Shown here: in pieces, positions 30,075 through 40,885 of the stretch
How positions within the stretch are numbered: the first letter of the stretch is position 1
Layout of the letters: each line of letters opens with the position of its first letter
Source of the DNA: Candidatus Brocadiaceae bacterium
GTDB taxonomy: Bacteria > Planctomycetota > Brocadiia > SM23-32
NCBI GenBank assembly: GCA_003551305.1
Contig: PUMJ01000293.1
Span: forward strand, 304 to 64,303
Direction: 5' to 3'
DNA length: 64,000 nt
The notes under the pieces: model-generated
What the model was told of the DNA's origin: nothing
The model's input: only the letters and a program-made list of their open reading frames with translations
Database searches by the model: none
Program-made: the position numbers and the translations under genes

Positions 30075-30629
30075 TCAGAAGTCGGTGCCGACCAGTTCGC
30101 CATCGTTGCCCAGTCTGTCCACCGAGAGCAATTCAGCAACCTGGTCCACGTCTGCGGCAACGTCCATCAGCTTGACGCGGGCTGCCTCTGGCAGCGCTTC
30201 CTCATCGGTTGCCAGGGCGCGGAGCGTCTGGCTGTCGGCCGCCAGATGCTGCGCCGTGTCATCGGGCCCCGCCTGCGTCATCCGGCGCAACAGGAAATTC
30301 GTCACCGTGGCAATCTGCTGGATCTCCTTGATCCTGGTGTTTACTTCTATGGGCGTGAAGTCCACCTTGCTGATAGCATAGAGCTTCACGTCCAATTCCT
30401 GCAGCGGCCTGACCACGTGACGGTACAGCACGACCGCAAGCGCCCCATAGATAAGGACGCCGAGTGCCGCCACGTGCCAGCCGTGCTCGAGCGCCAGCCC
30501 CAGGACCGTCCGATCCGGCATGGCCACATACTCGTACACCGCGTACGCCGCCATGCCCCCGGCAATGACGAGCGCTGTGTAGACGGTCACCACGAACGCG
30601 AGCGATGCCTGCTTCTTTGGTTCTTGCAT
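30075..30629 (-). CDS. two-TM membrane protein with HAMP-like linker
   Basis: I prefer the ATG at 30629. Two hydrophobic helices, then RHVVRPLQELDVKLYAIS...IKEIQQIATVTNFLLRRM, which resembles a HAMP domain. Acidic C-terminus and no output domain. Confidence 0.6.
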   Translation of the reverse strand: MQEPKKQASLAFVVTVYTALVIAGGMAAYAVYEYVAMPDRTVLGLALEHGWHVAALGVLIYGALAVVLYRHVVRPLQELDVKLYAISKVDFTPIEVNTRIKEIQQIATVTNFLLRRMTQAGPDDTAQHLAADSQTLRALATDEEALPEAARVKLMDVAADVDQVAELLSVDRLGNDGELVGTDF

Positions 30630-30938
30630 CTTACGCTTTCGCCCCGAGACCCCCAACGATCCATCGCTTTACTATCGTTATTGGTTGACGCGGCGCGCAA
30701 GTTCAGCGTTTTTTGGAAAACTCCTCAGATCGCGGGCGGTCGGCGAGGACTGCGCGAGACCGGTTGCAGCGTCTGCATCCTGCCTGCCTCCACCGGGGCA
30801 GACCCCGCTGGGAGGCCCGACCCCGTGACGCGGGCCCGCGGGCGGTTGTTTTTGGATGGTCCATCAGCTTAGCATTGTCGTCCCCGCTTCGCGCCGGCCG
30901 GCAGGAGGGCGGGAGACGATTCACCCGAGGAGGGACGC

Positions 30939-32954
30939 ATGCTTCCGGAAGACGCTTTCGCTTTCAGTGCCCGCGGGTACATGGACTTCGCGATTCAGCT
31001 TCAATGCCGGACCTACGAACGCAGCGAGCGTGCATTCGCCCGCTGGGAGGCCCATAAAGACGGTCTCACCACGCCCGACGCCGTCCGGCAGTGGCAGGCA
31101 CACATACGGGCGGTCGCCGAGGAGGCCGTCGGGGGACTGCTGCGGCTGGACGCCCCTCTCAACCCCCGCACCTGCGGCGAGGTGGAGGGCGAGGGCTTCC
31201 GGGTCGAGAGGATAATCTTTGAGAGTCTGCCCGGCTACCTGGTCACGTGCGCCCTCTACCTGCCCGAGGCGACGGATACCCCCGGGCCGGCCGTGCTTTT
31301 CGTGTGCGGCCATTCCGCCGAGGCGAAGGGCGCCGCCGTCTACCAGGCCGTCTGCCAGCGTCTGGCCCGCAACGGCCTCGTGGTGCTGGCCATGGACCCG
31401 CCCGGCCAGGGGGAACGGTTCAGCTACATAGACGAGGAGGGCCGGCAACGGATTGGCTCCTGCACCCCCGACCATGACCAGGCCGGGCTGCAGTGTTGGC
31501 TGGCCGGCCGCTCCATTGCGCGCTACTTCATCCGCGACGCCATGCGGGCCATTGACCTGCTGCAGCAGCGCCCGGAGGTTGACCCCGACCGGATCGGGCT
31601 GACCGGCAACTCCGGCGGCGGCACCCAGAGCACCTGGCTGATGATGCTGGAGCCGCGCATCCGTGCGGCCGCCCCGGGCTGCTTCGTGATGCGCCGGCGC
31701 GAGTACATGTGGACCGGCCAGGCGCAGGACTCCGAGCAGATAATCCCCGGCGGCACCGCCAGAGGGCTGGACCACGAGGACTTCCTGATAGCCATGGCGC
31801 CCCGGCCCGCTATGGTGCTCTCGGCCGAGTACGATTACTTCTGCATCGAAGGTGCGCTCGCCACCGTGCAGCGGGCCCGGCGCATCTATCGCCTGCTGGG
31901 AGCGCCGGATGCCCTGCGCATGGCCACCGTCAAGAAGACGCACGGCTACGCGCCGGAGCTGGCGCGGGCCGCCACGGCGTTCTTCTGTGAGGTGTTGCTG
32001 GGCAAAGAACCCGACGAGGTGGACCACTCCGAACCGGAGCCGCTCGACCCCGCGGACCTGTGGTGCACCCCGGAAGGCCAGCTCCTCCTGGAGGATCCGA
32101 CCACGCCTACCGTCTTTCACCTGAACCGTGATGAACACGTGCGCACCCTGCAGGCCCGACCGGCCCCCGAGCGGCGGGCGTGCCGGGAGGTTCTGTCCGA
32201 ACATGTCCTGGCCCACAGGGAGCCCTGCGAGCTGCGGCCACGGTGGGTCTCCGAGCGGGAAGGTGAGGGGGCCGTCGCCCGGTCGGGCTTCTGGTTCACG
32301 GAGCCCTTTCTCTGCAATGCGGGCTTCCTGTTCAAACCGACTGAGGACTTCCGGGAGCTCATCGTCGCCCTGTTCCACGACGGGAACAGGGAACTGGAGA
32401 CGCGGAGCGACTGGATCGAAGCCCGCCTGGCCGCCGGCGCGGCCGTGCTGGCCGTTGACGTTAGGGGGGAGGGGCTGATCAGCGCCCGTGAACTCAACCC
32501 CACCGGCCTCCACGCCCGCTACGGCACGCTCTACAAGCTGACGTCGGACCTCGTGTGCCTGGGCGACGATCTGGCCAGCGGGCGCGTCTATGACGTTTTG
32601 CGAGCCCTTGAACTCGCGCGTACGGACCCCGCCATCGGTCTCGAAGGGCGCCCCATCCGGCTCTGCGGGTTCGGGCTCGGGGGGTATTACGCCTACCTGG
32701 CCGGCGCGCTGGACGAGAACTTGCCGGCCGCCGAAATCGAGGACGCGCCCTTCTCGATGGAGTCCGTGCTGCGCACGCGCTTCTACGAATACGGGCGTAC
32801 CATGCAGGCGGTCATTTTCGGCATGCTGCAGCACTTTGACCTGCCCGACCTCCTGCCCCTCTACGAGGGAAGGGAACTCATCATACGCCGCCCGCGCGGC
32901 GCCCGCGGAGAAATCCTGTCCGAACACATGAAACCGTCGGACGACAGCAGATAG
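30939..32954 (+). CDS. alpha/beta hydrolase (acetyl-xylan-esterase/dienelactone-hydrolase-like)
   Basis: GAGGAGGGA RBS. PAVLFVCGHS...LAMDPPGQGER and the nucleophile elbow GLTGNSGGG. Confidence 0.8.
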   Translation: MLPEDAFAFSARGYMDFAIQLQCRTYERSERAFARWEAHKDGLTTPDAVRQWQAHIRAVAEEAVGGLLRLDAPLNPRTCGEVEGEGFRVERIIFESLPGYLVTCALYLPEATDTPGPAVLFVCGHSAEAKGAAVYQAVCQRLARNGLVVLAMDPPGQGERFSYIDEEGRQRIGSCTPDHDQAGLQCWLAGRSIARYFIRDAMRAIDLLQQRPEVDPDRIGLTGNSGGGTQSTWLMMLEPRIRAAAPGCFVMRRREYMWTGQAQDSEQIIPGGTARGLDHEDFLIAMAPRPAMVLSAEYDYFCIEGALATVQRARRIYRLLGAPDALRMATVKKTHGYAPELARAATAFFCEVLLGKEPDEVDHSEPEPLDPADLWCTPEGQLLLEDPTTPTVFHLNRDEHVRTLQARPAPERRACREVLSEHVLAHREPCELRPRWVSEREGEGAVARSGFWFTEPFLCNAGFLFKPTEDFRELIVALFHDGNRELETRSDWIEARLAAGAAVLAVDVRGEGLISARELNPTGLHARYGTLYKLTSDLVCLGDDLASGRVYDVLRALELARTDPAIGLEGRPIRLCGFGLGGYYAYLAGALDENLPAAEIEDAPFSMESVLRTRFYEYGRTMQAVIFGMLQHFDLPDLLPLYEGRELIIRRPRGARGEILSEHMKPSDDSR

Positions 32955-32973
32955 AGTGCGCCGCGCCTTCCGG

Positions 32974-34068
32974 CTATGGCAAGCGCCAGCGGGACCAGAG
33001 CAGCGAGCACTTCTCGTCCCCGGGCAGCCTCTGGTAGTACACGGTGAAAAGATCGCCGTCGTGCAGTTCGACCGTGGCGGGATAGCCCAGGTCCCGGTCG
33101 GGGCCGTCGTCGCGCAACACGTGGTCGTGCTCCCAGCTCGCCCCCCCGTCGTGGCTCAACGCCACGCGCTGGCCATACGGCTCGCGCCGATAGCCGTAGG
33201 TCAGGATCAGGACGCCGCTCGAATGCCGCATCAAGTGCGGGGGCACGCCGTGGAAGCCCATGGGCCGCGCCTGTGTCCACGTCCGGCCCCCGTCCTCAGA
33301 CCCGGTCAGCATGATGCTGGGGGAAGGGATGGCGGCGGCGGTCAGGTCTTTGCCCCAGTGGTCCTGGATGCGGATGGCTCCTATGAGCCGCCCCGAGGGC
33401 AGTTCCACCACGTGCGGTTCGTGGTAGTTGACGGGATGGGTGCTGTCGGCGAGGGGGACTGTGCCCAGCTCCTCCCAGGTTCGGCCCCCGTCCCTGCTGC
33501 GCGCGGCCTGGATGAGACCGCTGCGGAACGTCTTCTGATACTGCTTGCCCAGGTAGAGCAGTTCGCCGCTGCACAGCAGAATCGGCCCGTGGGGAGTCAT
33601 CAGCGGCGCGCGGAGCCTGTCGCTCCACGTGGCGCCGCGGTCCTCGCTGAGCAGTACCCAGGAGCCGAGGTGCCTTCGAACCAGTTCATCCGTCCACGTG
33701 GAGAAGACGCGTTCCCAGGCGGCCCGCTCCTCATTCATCATGCCCTCGGGATGGAACTGCTCGCGCGTGTCACGGGTGAACCAGCTCACCAGCAGCCTGT
33801 CGCCGCCCAGGTGCACTATGCCGGCGTCCCGGTCGTCGAGCGGGCCGTCGTTGACGATGCGTGGTTCGGACCACGTGCGGCCTTCGTCCCTGCTGACGTT
33901 CAGCACTGTCTTGCCCCAGGGGCAGACGTGAGCCGTTCGCAGCCCTGAACTGGCCGTCATCAGGGTTTTGTCGTCAATGCGGGTCACCGACGGCCAGCCG
34001 AAGTAGCCGAACCGCTCGCCCTTTCGCCGGCAGACCACACCGTGCTCAGCGTCCAGTCGTTCTCGCAT
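32974..34068 (-). CDS. BNR-repeat (sialidase/exo-alpha-sialidase-like) protein
   Basis: Five SxDxGxTW repeats: SRDEGRTW, SEDRGATW, SRDGGRTW, SEDGGRTW and SHDGGASW. I prefer the ATG at 34068 (GGAGG 6 nt upstream); 34074 and 34164 are alternatives. Confidence 0.8.
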   Translation of the reverse strand: MRERLDAEHGVVCRRKGERFGYFGWPSVTRIDDKTLMTASSGLRTAHVCPWGKTVLNVSRDEGRTWSEPRIVNDGPLDDRDAGIVHLGGDRLLVSWFTRDTREQFHPEGMMNEERAAWERVFSTWTDELVRRHLGSWVLLSEDRGATWSDRLRAPLMTPHGPILLCSGELLYLGKQYQKTFRSGLIQAARSRDGGRTWEELGTVPLADSTHPVNYHEPHVVELPSGRLIGAIRIQDHWGKDLTAAAIPSPSIMLTGSEDGGRTWTQARPMGFHGVPPHLMRHSSGVLILTYGYRREPYGQRVALSHDGGASWEHDHVLRDDGPDRDLGYPATVELHDGDLFTVYYQRLPGDEKCSLLWSRWRLP

Positions 34069-34303
34069 AGTCATCCTCCATGGGTGGGGCCGGGTCGGAG
34101 GCACAATACGCAGCCGCTCAGCGTATGCTATCCGTGCTCGGACCGCGGTCAAGGGAGACGCCACGGATTCGCCGGGGCGTCCGGTGGGCGGCCTGCACGG
34201 TCCGGAGCCCCTGCGGGGACAGCCGCCGGGAGGCGGTTTATCCCGTCGGGGCGGGGATTGAGTCCCGGGAGTTGAACGACCTTGTGCGCTCGGACCGACG
34301 TGA

Positions 34304-34333
34304 TTGACTTTGCCCTCGCGGCCTCGCTATCAT
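34304..34333 (+). promoter_or_regulatory. sigma-70-like promoter candidate for the STAS-RR-EBP operon
   Basis: TTGACT, 18 nt, TATCAT, about 55 nt upstream of the STAS ATG. Confidence 0.4.
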
Positions 34334-34386
34334 GCTTCCCTGGCGTGCAGAGAAGCGTCGGTTCGGCGCGAAGGGGAAAACGAGGC

Positions 34387-34731
34387 ATGATCGGCAACAT
34401 TCGAGAACGCGATGGCGTAACCGTCGTGGAGATAGAGGGCCGATTCGACTCCGCCACGGCCCCTGATATTAAGGCCGGGCTGCAGGAGTTGATTGATGAC
34501 GGCCGTATCCTCCTCATCGTGAATCTGGAGCGACTGGAGTTCATAGACAGCGCCGGTCTGGGTGTGCTGGTCAGTTGCCTGAGGCGCACCGCCGCTGACG
34601 GCGGGGACCTGCGGGTGGCCGAGGTGCCCGCCTTCTGCCGCTCCGTTTTCGAACTGACGCGACTGACGCGAGTTTTCGACGTAACCGAATCGGAAGACCA
34701 AGCCCTGGAGGCCATTACGGCCCAACTTTGA
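34387..34731 (+). CDS. STAS-domain anti-sigma-factor antagonist
   Basis: VVEIEGRFDSATAPDIK...LIVNLERLEFIDSAGLGVLV (conserved DSAG phospho-Ser context). Confidence 0.85.
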   Translation: MIGNIRERDGVTVVEIEGRFDSATAPDIKAGLQELIDDGRILLIVNLERLEFIDSAGLGVLVSCLRRTAADGGDLRVAEVPAFCRSVFELTRLTRVFDVTESEDQALEAITAQL

Positions 34732-34769
34732 GGCCTGGGGGCGCGGCCATCAGACCGGAGAGCTGCAGA

Positions 34770-35150
34770 ATGCCGGATGTGAAGACGGTGCTCATCGTGG
34801 ATGACGAACCCCACATTCTGCGTTCTCTGGGATTCGTGATCCACCGGGCAGGGTACCGGGTCATCGAGGCGCGCAGCGGCCGGGAGGCCCTCCGGATGAT
34901 CCGGCAGCACCATCCTGACCTGGTCTTCCTGGACATCATGATGCCGGAACTGAACGGATACGAGGTCTGCCGTCGCGTCAAGCAAGAGGACGGCAGCAAC
35001 TCCACCTTCATCATCATGCTGACCGCCAAGGGTCAGCGCCCAGACCGCCGCGCCGGCGTCGAGGCCGGCGCCGACGAATACATGACCAAACCCTTCAGCC
35101 CGAGCCGGGCGGTTGAGCGAGTGCAGGACATCCTGGGGCCCCCGAACTGA
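34770..35150 (+). CDS. stand-alone response regulator receiver protein
   Basis: Canonical receiver residues are all present: LIVDDEP, DLVFLDIMMP, IIMLTAKG and EYMTKPF. Confidence 0.9.
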   Translation: MPDVKTVLIVDDEPHILRSLGFVIHRAGYRVIEARSGREALRMIRQHHPDLVFLDIMMPELNGYEVCRRVKQEDGSNSTFIIMLTAKGQRPDRRAGVEAGADEYMTKPFSPSRAVERVQDILGPPN

Positions 35151-35151
35151 T

Positions 35152-36591
<1,440 letters not shown>

Positions 36592-36604
36592 GGCAGCCCC
36601 GCCC

Positions 36605-37711
36605 TCAAACCAGCGAGCAGAGGATGTCCACGCCCGCGTCGATGACGCTGTCGTCGGCCGCGAACGAGACGCGGAAGTGGGTGTTGCGCTCGCTGAAGAC
36701 GCTGCCGGGTATGACCAGCACGCTGTGCTCGATGGCCCTGCGGCAGAACGCCTCGCCGTCCCCGCCGGGCGCCTCCACGAAGGCGTAGAAGGCGCCTTCC
36801 GGTCTGTTCAGGCGAAAGCTCCGCTTCAGCCCCTCGTAGAGGATGTCCCTCTTGGCCTGGTAGGCGCGCATGTGCAGCTCCGACGACATGCTCAGCGCCA
36901 CCACGCCGGCGTACTGCGCAATGGAAGGGGCGCAGACGAAGCTGAACTGCTGGAGCTTTGTCATCTGCTCGATCAGCGGCTCGGGCCCGACGGCGTAACC
37001 CAGCCGCCAGCCCGTTATCGCGCATGACTTGCTGAAGCCGTTCAGCAGCAGAACTTTCTCGGTAAAGCTGGCCGGGCTCGGGCATCCGCCGTCATAGGTG
37101 AAGGTCCGGTAGATCTCGTCGCTCAGCACAAAAACGTCGTTCTTGTCGGCCCAGCTGGTAATCCGGCGCATCTCCTTCTCGCCGATGAGCGCGCCGGTGG
37201 GATTGGCGGGGCTGTTGAGAATTAGCAGCTTCGCCTCGGCCGCCCCGGCCTGCTCGAGCCGCTCGGCGGTCAGGCGAAAGTCCGGATACGTGTCCACGTA
37301 CAGCGGCTCCCCGCCCAGAAGCCGGCACAGGTGCTTGTACATCACGAAGTAGGGGTCGGGGATGGCCACCTTGTCCCCGGGGTTCAGCATCGCCATGAAG
37401 GCCAGCAATATCCCGCCGGAGACGCCGCCGGTGATCAGCACGTCGTTGTGCTTGATGCCGGTCAGCCTTTTCTCGTACTTCAGCACCGCTTCCCGCAGCT
37501 CCGGTATCCCCTGGGTCACGGTGTATTTGTTGCGCCCCGTCTCGATGGCGTGCATCGCGCTGGCCTTGATAGGCTCCGGCACGTCGAAATCCGGCTGGCC
37601 TATGCTCAGGTTGACCGGGTCCTTCAGCCTGCTGGCCAGGTCGAAAACCTTCCGGATGCCCGAGGAGTCAATCCGGCTCATCCGCTCGGCGATTATGGCG
37701 CTCAGGTCCAT
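36605..37711 (-). CDS. class I/II pyridoxal-phosphate aminotransferase (aspartate aminotransferase-like)
   Basis: ATG at 37711 (GGGGAG RBS). IDSSGIRKVF, LSIGQPDF and NGFSKSCAITGWRLGY (PLP-Lys context). Confidence 0.9.
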   Translation of the reverse strand: MDLSAIIAERMSRIDSSGIRKVFDLASRLKDPVNLSIGQPDFDVPEPIKASAMHAIETGRNKYTVTQGIPELREAVLKYEKRLTGIKHNDVLITGGVSGGILLAFMAMLNPGDKVAIPDPYFVMYKHLCRLLGGEPLYVDTYPDFRLTAERLEQAGAAEAKLLILNSPANPTGALIGEKEMRRITSWADKNDVFVLSDEIYRTFTYDGGCPSPASFTEKVLLLNGFSKSCAITGWRLGYAVGPEPLIEQMTKLQQFSFVCAPSIAQYAGVVALSMSSELHMRAYQAKRDILYEGLKRSFRLNRPEGAFYAFVEAPGGDGEAFCRRAIEHSVLVIPGSVFSERNTHFRVSFAADDSVIDAGVDILCSLV

Positions 37712-37748
37712 CAACTGCTCCCCTGATCCCAGGGCGGCGAGCCGTGCC

Positions 37749-38012
37749 CTATGGTTGCTGGGCCCTCGGTTCGGGCTCAGCCTCGCCCTCGGTCTCGGCC
37801 GCCTCGGGCTCTTCTTCCTCTTCTTCCTCAAGCGCGTGGGCTGCCGCTATGGAGATGAAGCGCGGTTTGACCTTGGGGAGACCGAAAACCGAGTCCTCCC
37901 CCTCCTCCCAGCGGTCATCCTCCTCCAGCCGTTCGATGCGCTCGGCCCGCGTCAGCACGTTGCGCTGGCGAACCAGGAGGTTCTTCTGTTTCAGGCTCTT
38001 GTGAAGCGACAT
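37749..38012 (-). CDS. small basic protein (PVC-type) with acidic C-terminal tail
   Basis: [48 protein letters not shown] matches my recollection of the 'small basic protein' family annotated in Planctomycetes, Verrucomicrobia and Chlamydiae. Confidence 0.7.
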   Translation of the reverse strand: MSLHKSLKQKNLLVRQRNVLTRAERIERLEEDDRWEEGEDSVFGLPKVKPRFISIAAAHALEEEEEEEPEAAETEGEAEPEPRAQQP

Positions 38013-38066
38013 GCTTATTCCTCTTGTGCGAAAGTCAGAACGGGATAATCCACCTGTGGCGGGATA

Positions 38067-38573
38067 TCAGTCGGGGGGGCTCTGAACGCTGGCCGACCGG
38101 AACGGCCGCACCCCGTTGGGGCCTTCAAAGGCCCTGAACGCGGCCTGGAGTCGCTGCAACTCCGGGGAGTCCTCCTCCTCGGCCCACCCCACGCAGACGG
38201 CATACTGCCCGTCGGGCAGGCGGAAGTGCCAGAACTCGTTCGGACCGGCCAATTGCTGCAGCCGTTCGTCCGAGGCTATCAACCTCTCCATCCGTTCCAG
38301 CCCGTCCCTGTCGCACCGGTGCAGCACCACGGTGTAGCCGCGCTCGACGGAGGCGGAAAGGTCGGTGACGCTCAGGGCGGGGCGCTCTGGCCCGGACCCC
38401 AGCGTCGAGGTCAGCAGCATCCAGATGCCGAGGCAGCAGACCACGGCAACAGCCGCGGCGAACAGCACCTTGCGCCGGAGTATCTCCTCTTCCCTGTTTC
38501 CCCAGTCCACCTCCGGCTCCGGCGTTCCAGCACCGAACTCGGCTTTCGGCGAATCGTTCCTCGACGCTGTCAT
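38067..38573 (-). CDS. hypothetical single-TM protein, possible SPOR-like C-terminal domain
   Basis: One TM (VLFAAAVAVVCCLGIWMLL). The C-terminal YTVVLHR...DGQYAVCVGW...LQAAFRAF alternation resembles a SPOR fold (weak). Confidence 0.55.
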   Translation of the reverse strand: MTASRNDSPKAEFGAGTPEPEVDWGNREEEILRRKVLFAAAVAVVCCLGIWMLLTSTLGSGPERPALSVTDLSASVERGYTVVLHRCDRDGLERMERLIASDERLQQLAGPNEFWHFRLPDGQYAVCVGWAEEEDSPELQRLQAAFRAFEGPNGVRPFRSASVQSPPD

Positions 38574-38640
38574 CGTGCTTGAACCTGCCCCGCGCTACGG
38601 CCTCTCGGCTTGATCAAAGAACCATAACATCAATTGCCGG

Positions 38641-38670
38641 ATTATAGGATATGCCTTCCGCCGAAGTCAA
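38641..38670 (-). promoter_or_regulatory. strong sigma-70-like promoter candidate for the 38573-36605 minus-strand operon
   Basis: On the minus strand, TTGACT, 18 nt, TATAAT, about 65 nt upstream of the ATG at 38573. Confidence 0.5.
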
Positions 38671-38757
38671 ATCCACACGAGCCCTCCAGCCCTTGCGGCC
38701 CCTCTGCAGACCCGCTAAACTGCCCCCCTGGCGCCTCTGCCTCGATAAAAAGCGAAA

Positions 38758-39684
38758 ATGGTTTTCGACACAAGCGTCATCAGCCGGGACAGCGCAACCG
38801 CTCTTTTGCAACGCTTCCTCGGCCGCGACATCACCGTCACCGCCGTCCGTCGCCTCCACGGCGGCATGGTCAACAGCGTCCTGGAACTGGTCACCGACGC
38901 CGAGCCGAACCGCCTGGTCGCCAAACTGAACGCCGAGCCGGGCCACGCCGGGTTCGAAAACGAGTTCAACGTCCTGCGCTGGTACCGCCGCAACACCGAC
39001 TTTCCCGTCCCCGAGCCCTTCGGCGTTGACACCTCCGGGCAACTCTTCCCCGGCAGTTGCCTGATGATGGAAAGGCTCCCCGGCACAAACCTGGGACACG
39101 CCCGGCTCAGCGGCCCCCAGGCCGCAGCCGTCGAACGCCGCATGGCCCGCATCATAGCCCGCCTCCATGAGAACAAGCGCCCCACCTACGGCAGCGCCCT
39201 CGAGCCAAAACAGGACGGCACCGAGCGCTGGCTGGACCGGTTCGAGCCGCGCATCCGCCGGGAGTTCGAACAGGTCAAAGACCGCCTCACCGGCGGCGCC
39301 CGCGACAGGATAGGCCGCGTGCTGGCCGAACTGGACCGGTGGCTGCCCGAGTTCGGCGACCCGACTCTCGTGCACGGCGACCTCTGGGCCACCAACATCA
39401 TCGTCGACCCGGCCGAAGCCCGCGTGACCGGCTTCGTCGACGGCGGGGCAAACTACGCCGACGTCGAATACGAACTCGCCTACCTGCTGGTCTTCCGCAC
39501 CGTGGGCGATGCCTTCTTCGACCAGTACACCCGGCGCCATCCCCTCCGGCCCGGCTTCGAGACGCGCTGCCGCCTCTACTGGCTCCACACCATGCTGGTG
39601 CACGTGCGCGCCTTCGGCGACGCCCACTACGTGCAGGCATGCGAGAGGCTGGCGCGGGAACTGGAGCGCACCGGTCCCCCGTAG
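38758..39684 (+). CDS. fructosamine kinase / aminoglycoside phosphotransferase-family kinase
   Basis: LVHGDLWATNIIVD catalytic loop and a GFVDG... region. Length about 308 aa. Confidence 0.85.
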   Translation: MVFDTSVISRDSATALLQRFLGRDITVTAVRRLHGGMVNSVLELVTDAEPNRLVAKLNAEPGHAGFENEFNVLRWYRRNTDFPVPEPFGVDTSGQLFPGSCLMMERLPGTNLGHARLSGPQAAAVERRMARIIARLHENKRPTYGSALEPKQDGTERWLDRFEPRIRREFEQVKDRLTGGARDRIGRVLAELDRWLPEFGDPTLVHGDLWATNIIVDPAEARVTGFVDGGANYADVEYELAYLLVFRTVGDAFFDQYTRRHPLRPGFETRCRLYWLHTMLVHVRAFGDAHYVQACERLARELERTGPP

Positions 39685-39807
39685 CCCCACCTCCCCTTCT
39701 CTCACCTTTCTGCCTCCGCCGTTTCTCTGCGCGCTCTACGTCCTCTGCGATAAATGTGTTACGGCAAAATGGATTCGTTTCGCAGAACCGCCTTTTTCTC
39801 CCGCCTC

Positions 39808-40237
39808 GCCCCATCGCGCGCACCACGGGCACAAGGGCAACCGCGGATGAACGCAGATAAACACAGATAACGGCAAAGGCCGCTCTGTATGTGGCACAGC
39901 CGCCCCGTGCTGTGACCGGCCCATCGGGCGGGCGGCCGCAGGGCGGCCTGGCGCTTACCACTCGCATGAATATCCGTTCCGCCCCGTCCGGTCAAGCCCT
40001 TCGGGCGTTTCCTCGGCCACCAGCGCCCAACCGGACACAGATTCACGACGACGGAAACCGCGGATGAACGCAGATGGACACAGATAACGGCAGAGGCCGC
40101 TCTGTATGTCGCACAGTCGCCCTCGGCTCTGGAAGCCCCCGCAAGGGAGCTGCTGTCCGCCGCCACGGACATAGGGTAACGGCAGATGAACGCGGATGCC
40201 GGCAAAGGCCGCTCAGGGTAACAGCAACGGCACGGCC
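39808..40237 (+). repeat. repeat array A (leader L + core + segment S + core + degenerate tail)
   Basis: Composition:
- L = CCCCATCGCGCGCACCACGGGCACAAGGG (39808-36).
- Cores start AACCGCRGATGAACGCAGAT at 39839 and 40056.
- S = 39909-40054.
- Tail = 40183-40237.
Homologous to array B. Confidence 0.85.
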
Positions 40238-40298
40238 GCAGCCCGGCCCTTGAACTCATGATTCTCCCTTCACGCTTCATAATGCGCGCCGCGCCCCC

Positions 40299-40817
40299 TC
40301 ATCCTCCGCTCACGCTCACGTCCGCCGTGACCGGCGCCGGCACGCGGTCCCCTCCGCTCATCCGCTTCATCCGCTCCAGCTCGTGCAGCAGCCGGAAGAA
40401 CTGGTTGGTCAGCGACGTATCGTAGCGCCTTATCAGCTCGGCCACCTTCCGGAAGGAGGCCGACCGGAAGTAGGTGGGCGGGCCGGGGCGCTCCTGCTGC
40501 AGTCGCTTCTGGTCGGCATACCATGTCTCCCGGTGGTATTCCGCCTCCGCCCGCGCGCAACGCTGCAGCCGCAGGTATGTCAGCGCCAGCTTCTCCACGA
40601 TCGCCTCCTCGACCGTGTTACGCGGTTCCAGGTCCGCCGCGAACTCCTCGTAGAGCGGCCTCAGTTCCTTCTCGTCGCGTTCGGTCAGGGCGGAGGCGAA
40701 GATGCCGTGCTTGCGCGCATTCAGCCGGCTTCGTCTCTTGCCCTCCTCCGTCTTGACGCCCGCCTTCCCGGCGTTCCGCCGATTCGCCTCGAGCTGCTTG
40801 CTGCTGATCCAGCCCAT
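40299..40817 (-). CDS. hypothetical protein (172 aa), basic N-terminus
   Basis: ATG at 40817 with GGAGG 10 nt upstream. MGWISSKQLEANRRNAGKAGVKTEEGKRRSRLNARKHGIF... resembles a widespread uncharacterised family (ANRxNAxxSTGPxTxxGKxxSxxNAxKHG) that I recall from environmental genomes. The upstream part of the listed 332-aa ORF is repeat sequence. Confidence 0.65.
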   Translation of the reverse strand: MGWISSKQLEANRRNAGKAGVKTEEGKRRSRLNARKHGIFASALTERDEKELRPLYEEFAADLEPRNTVEEAIVEKLALTYLRLQRCARAEAEYHRETWYADQKRLQQERPGPPTYFRSASFRKVAELIRRYDTSLTNQFFRLLHELERMKRMSGGDRVPAPVTADVSVSGG

Positions 40818-40885
40818 AACAGTCCAACCTCCGTGCAGAAGAAGTGCATACACGCCCCAGAGCCCGCGCACAAAATGCCCGCCCC

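Noticed and set aside
39880-39905. Sigma-54 promoter inside the repeat core (TGGCACAGCCGCC).
   Set aside because: The -24 TGGCAC is present in most copies, but the -12 position reads CC or CT instead of TTGC at the required spacing. It is more likely a coincidence of the repeat sequence.
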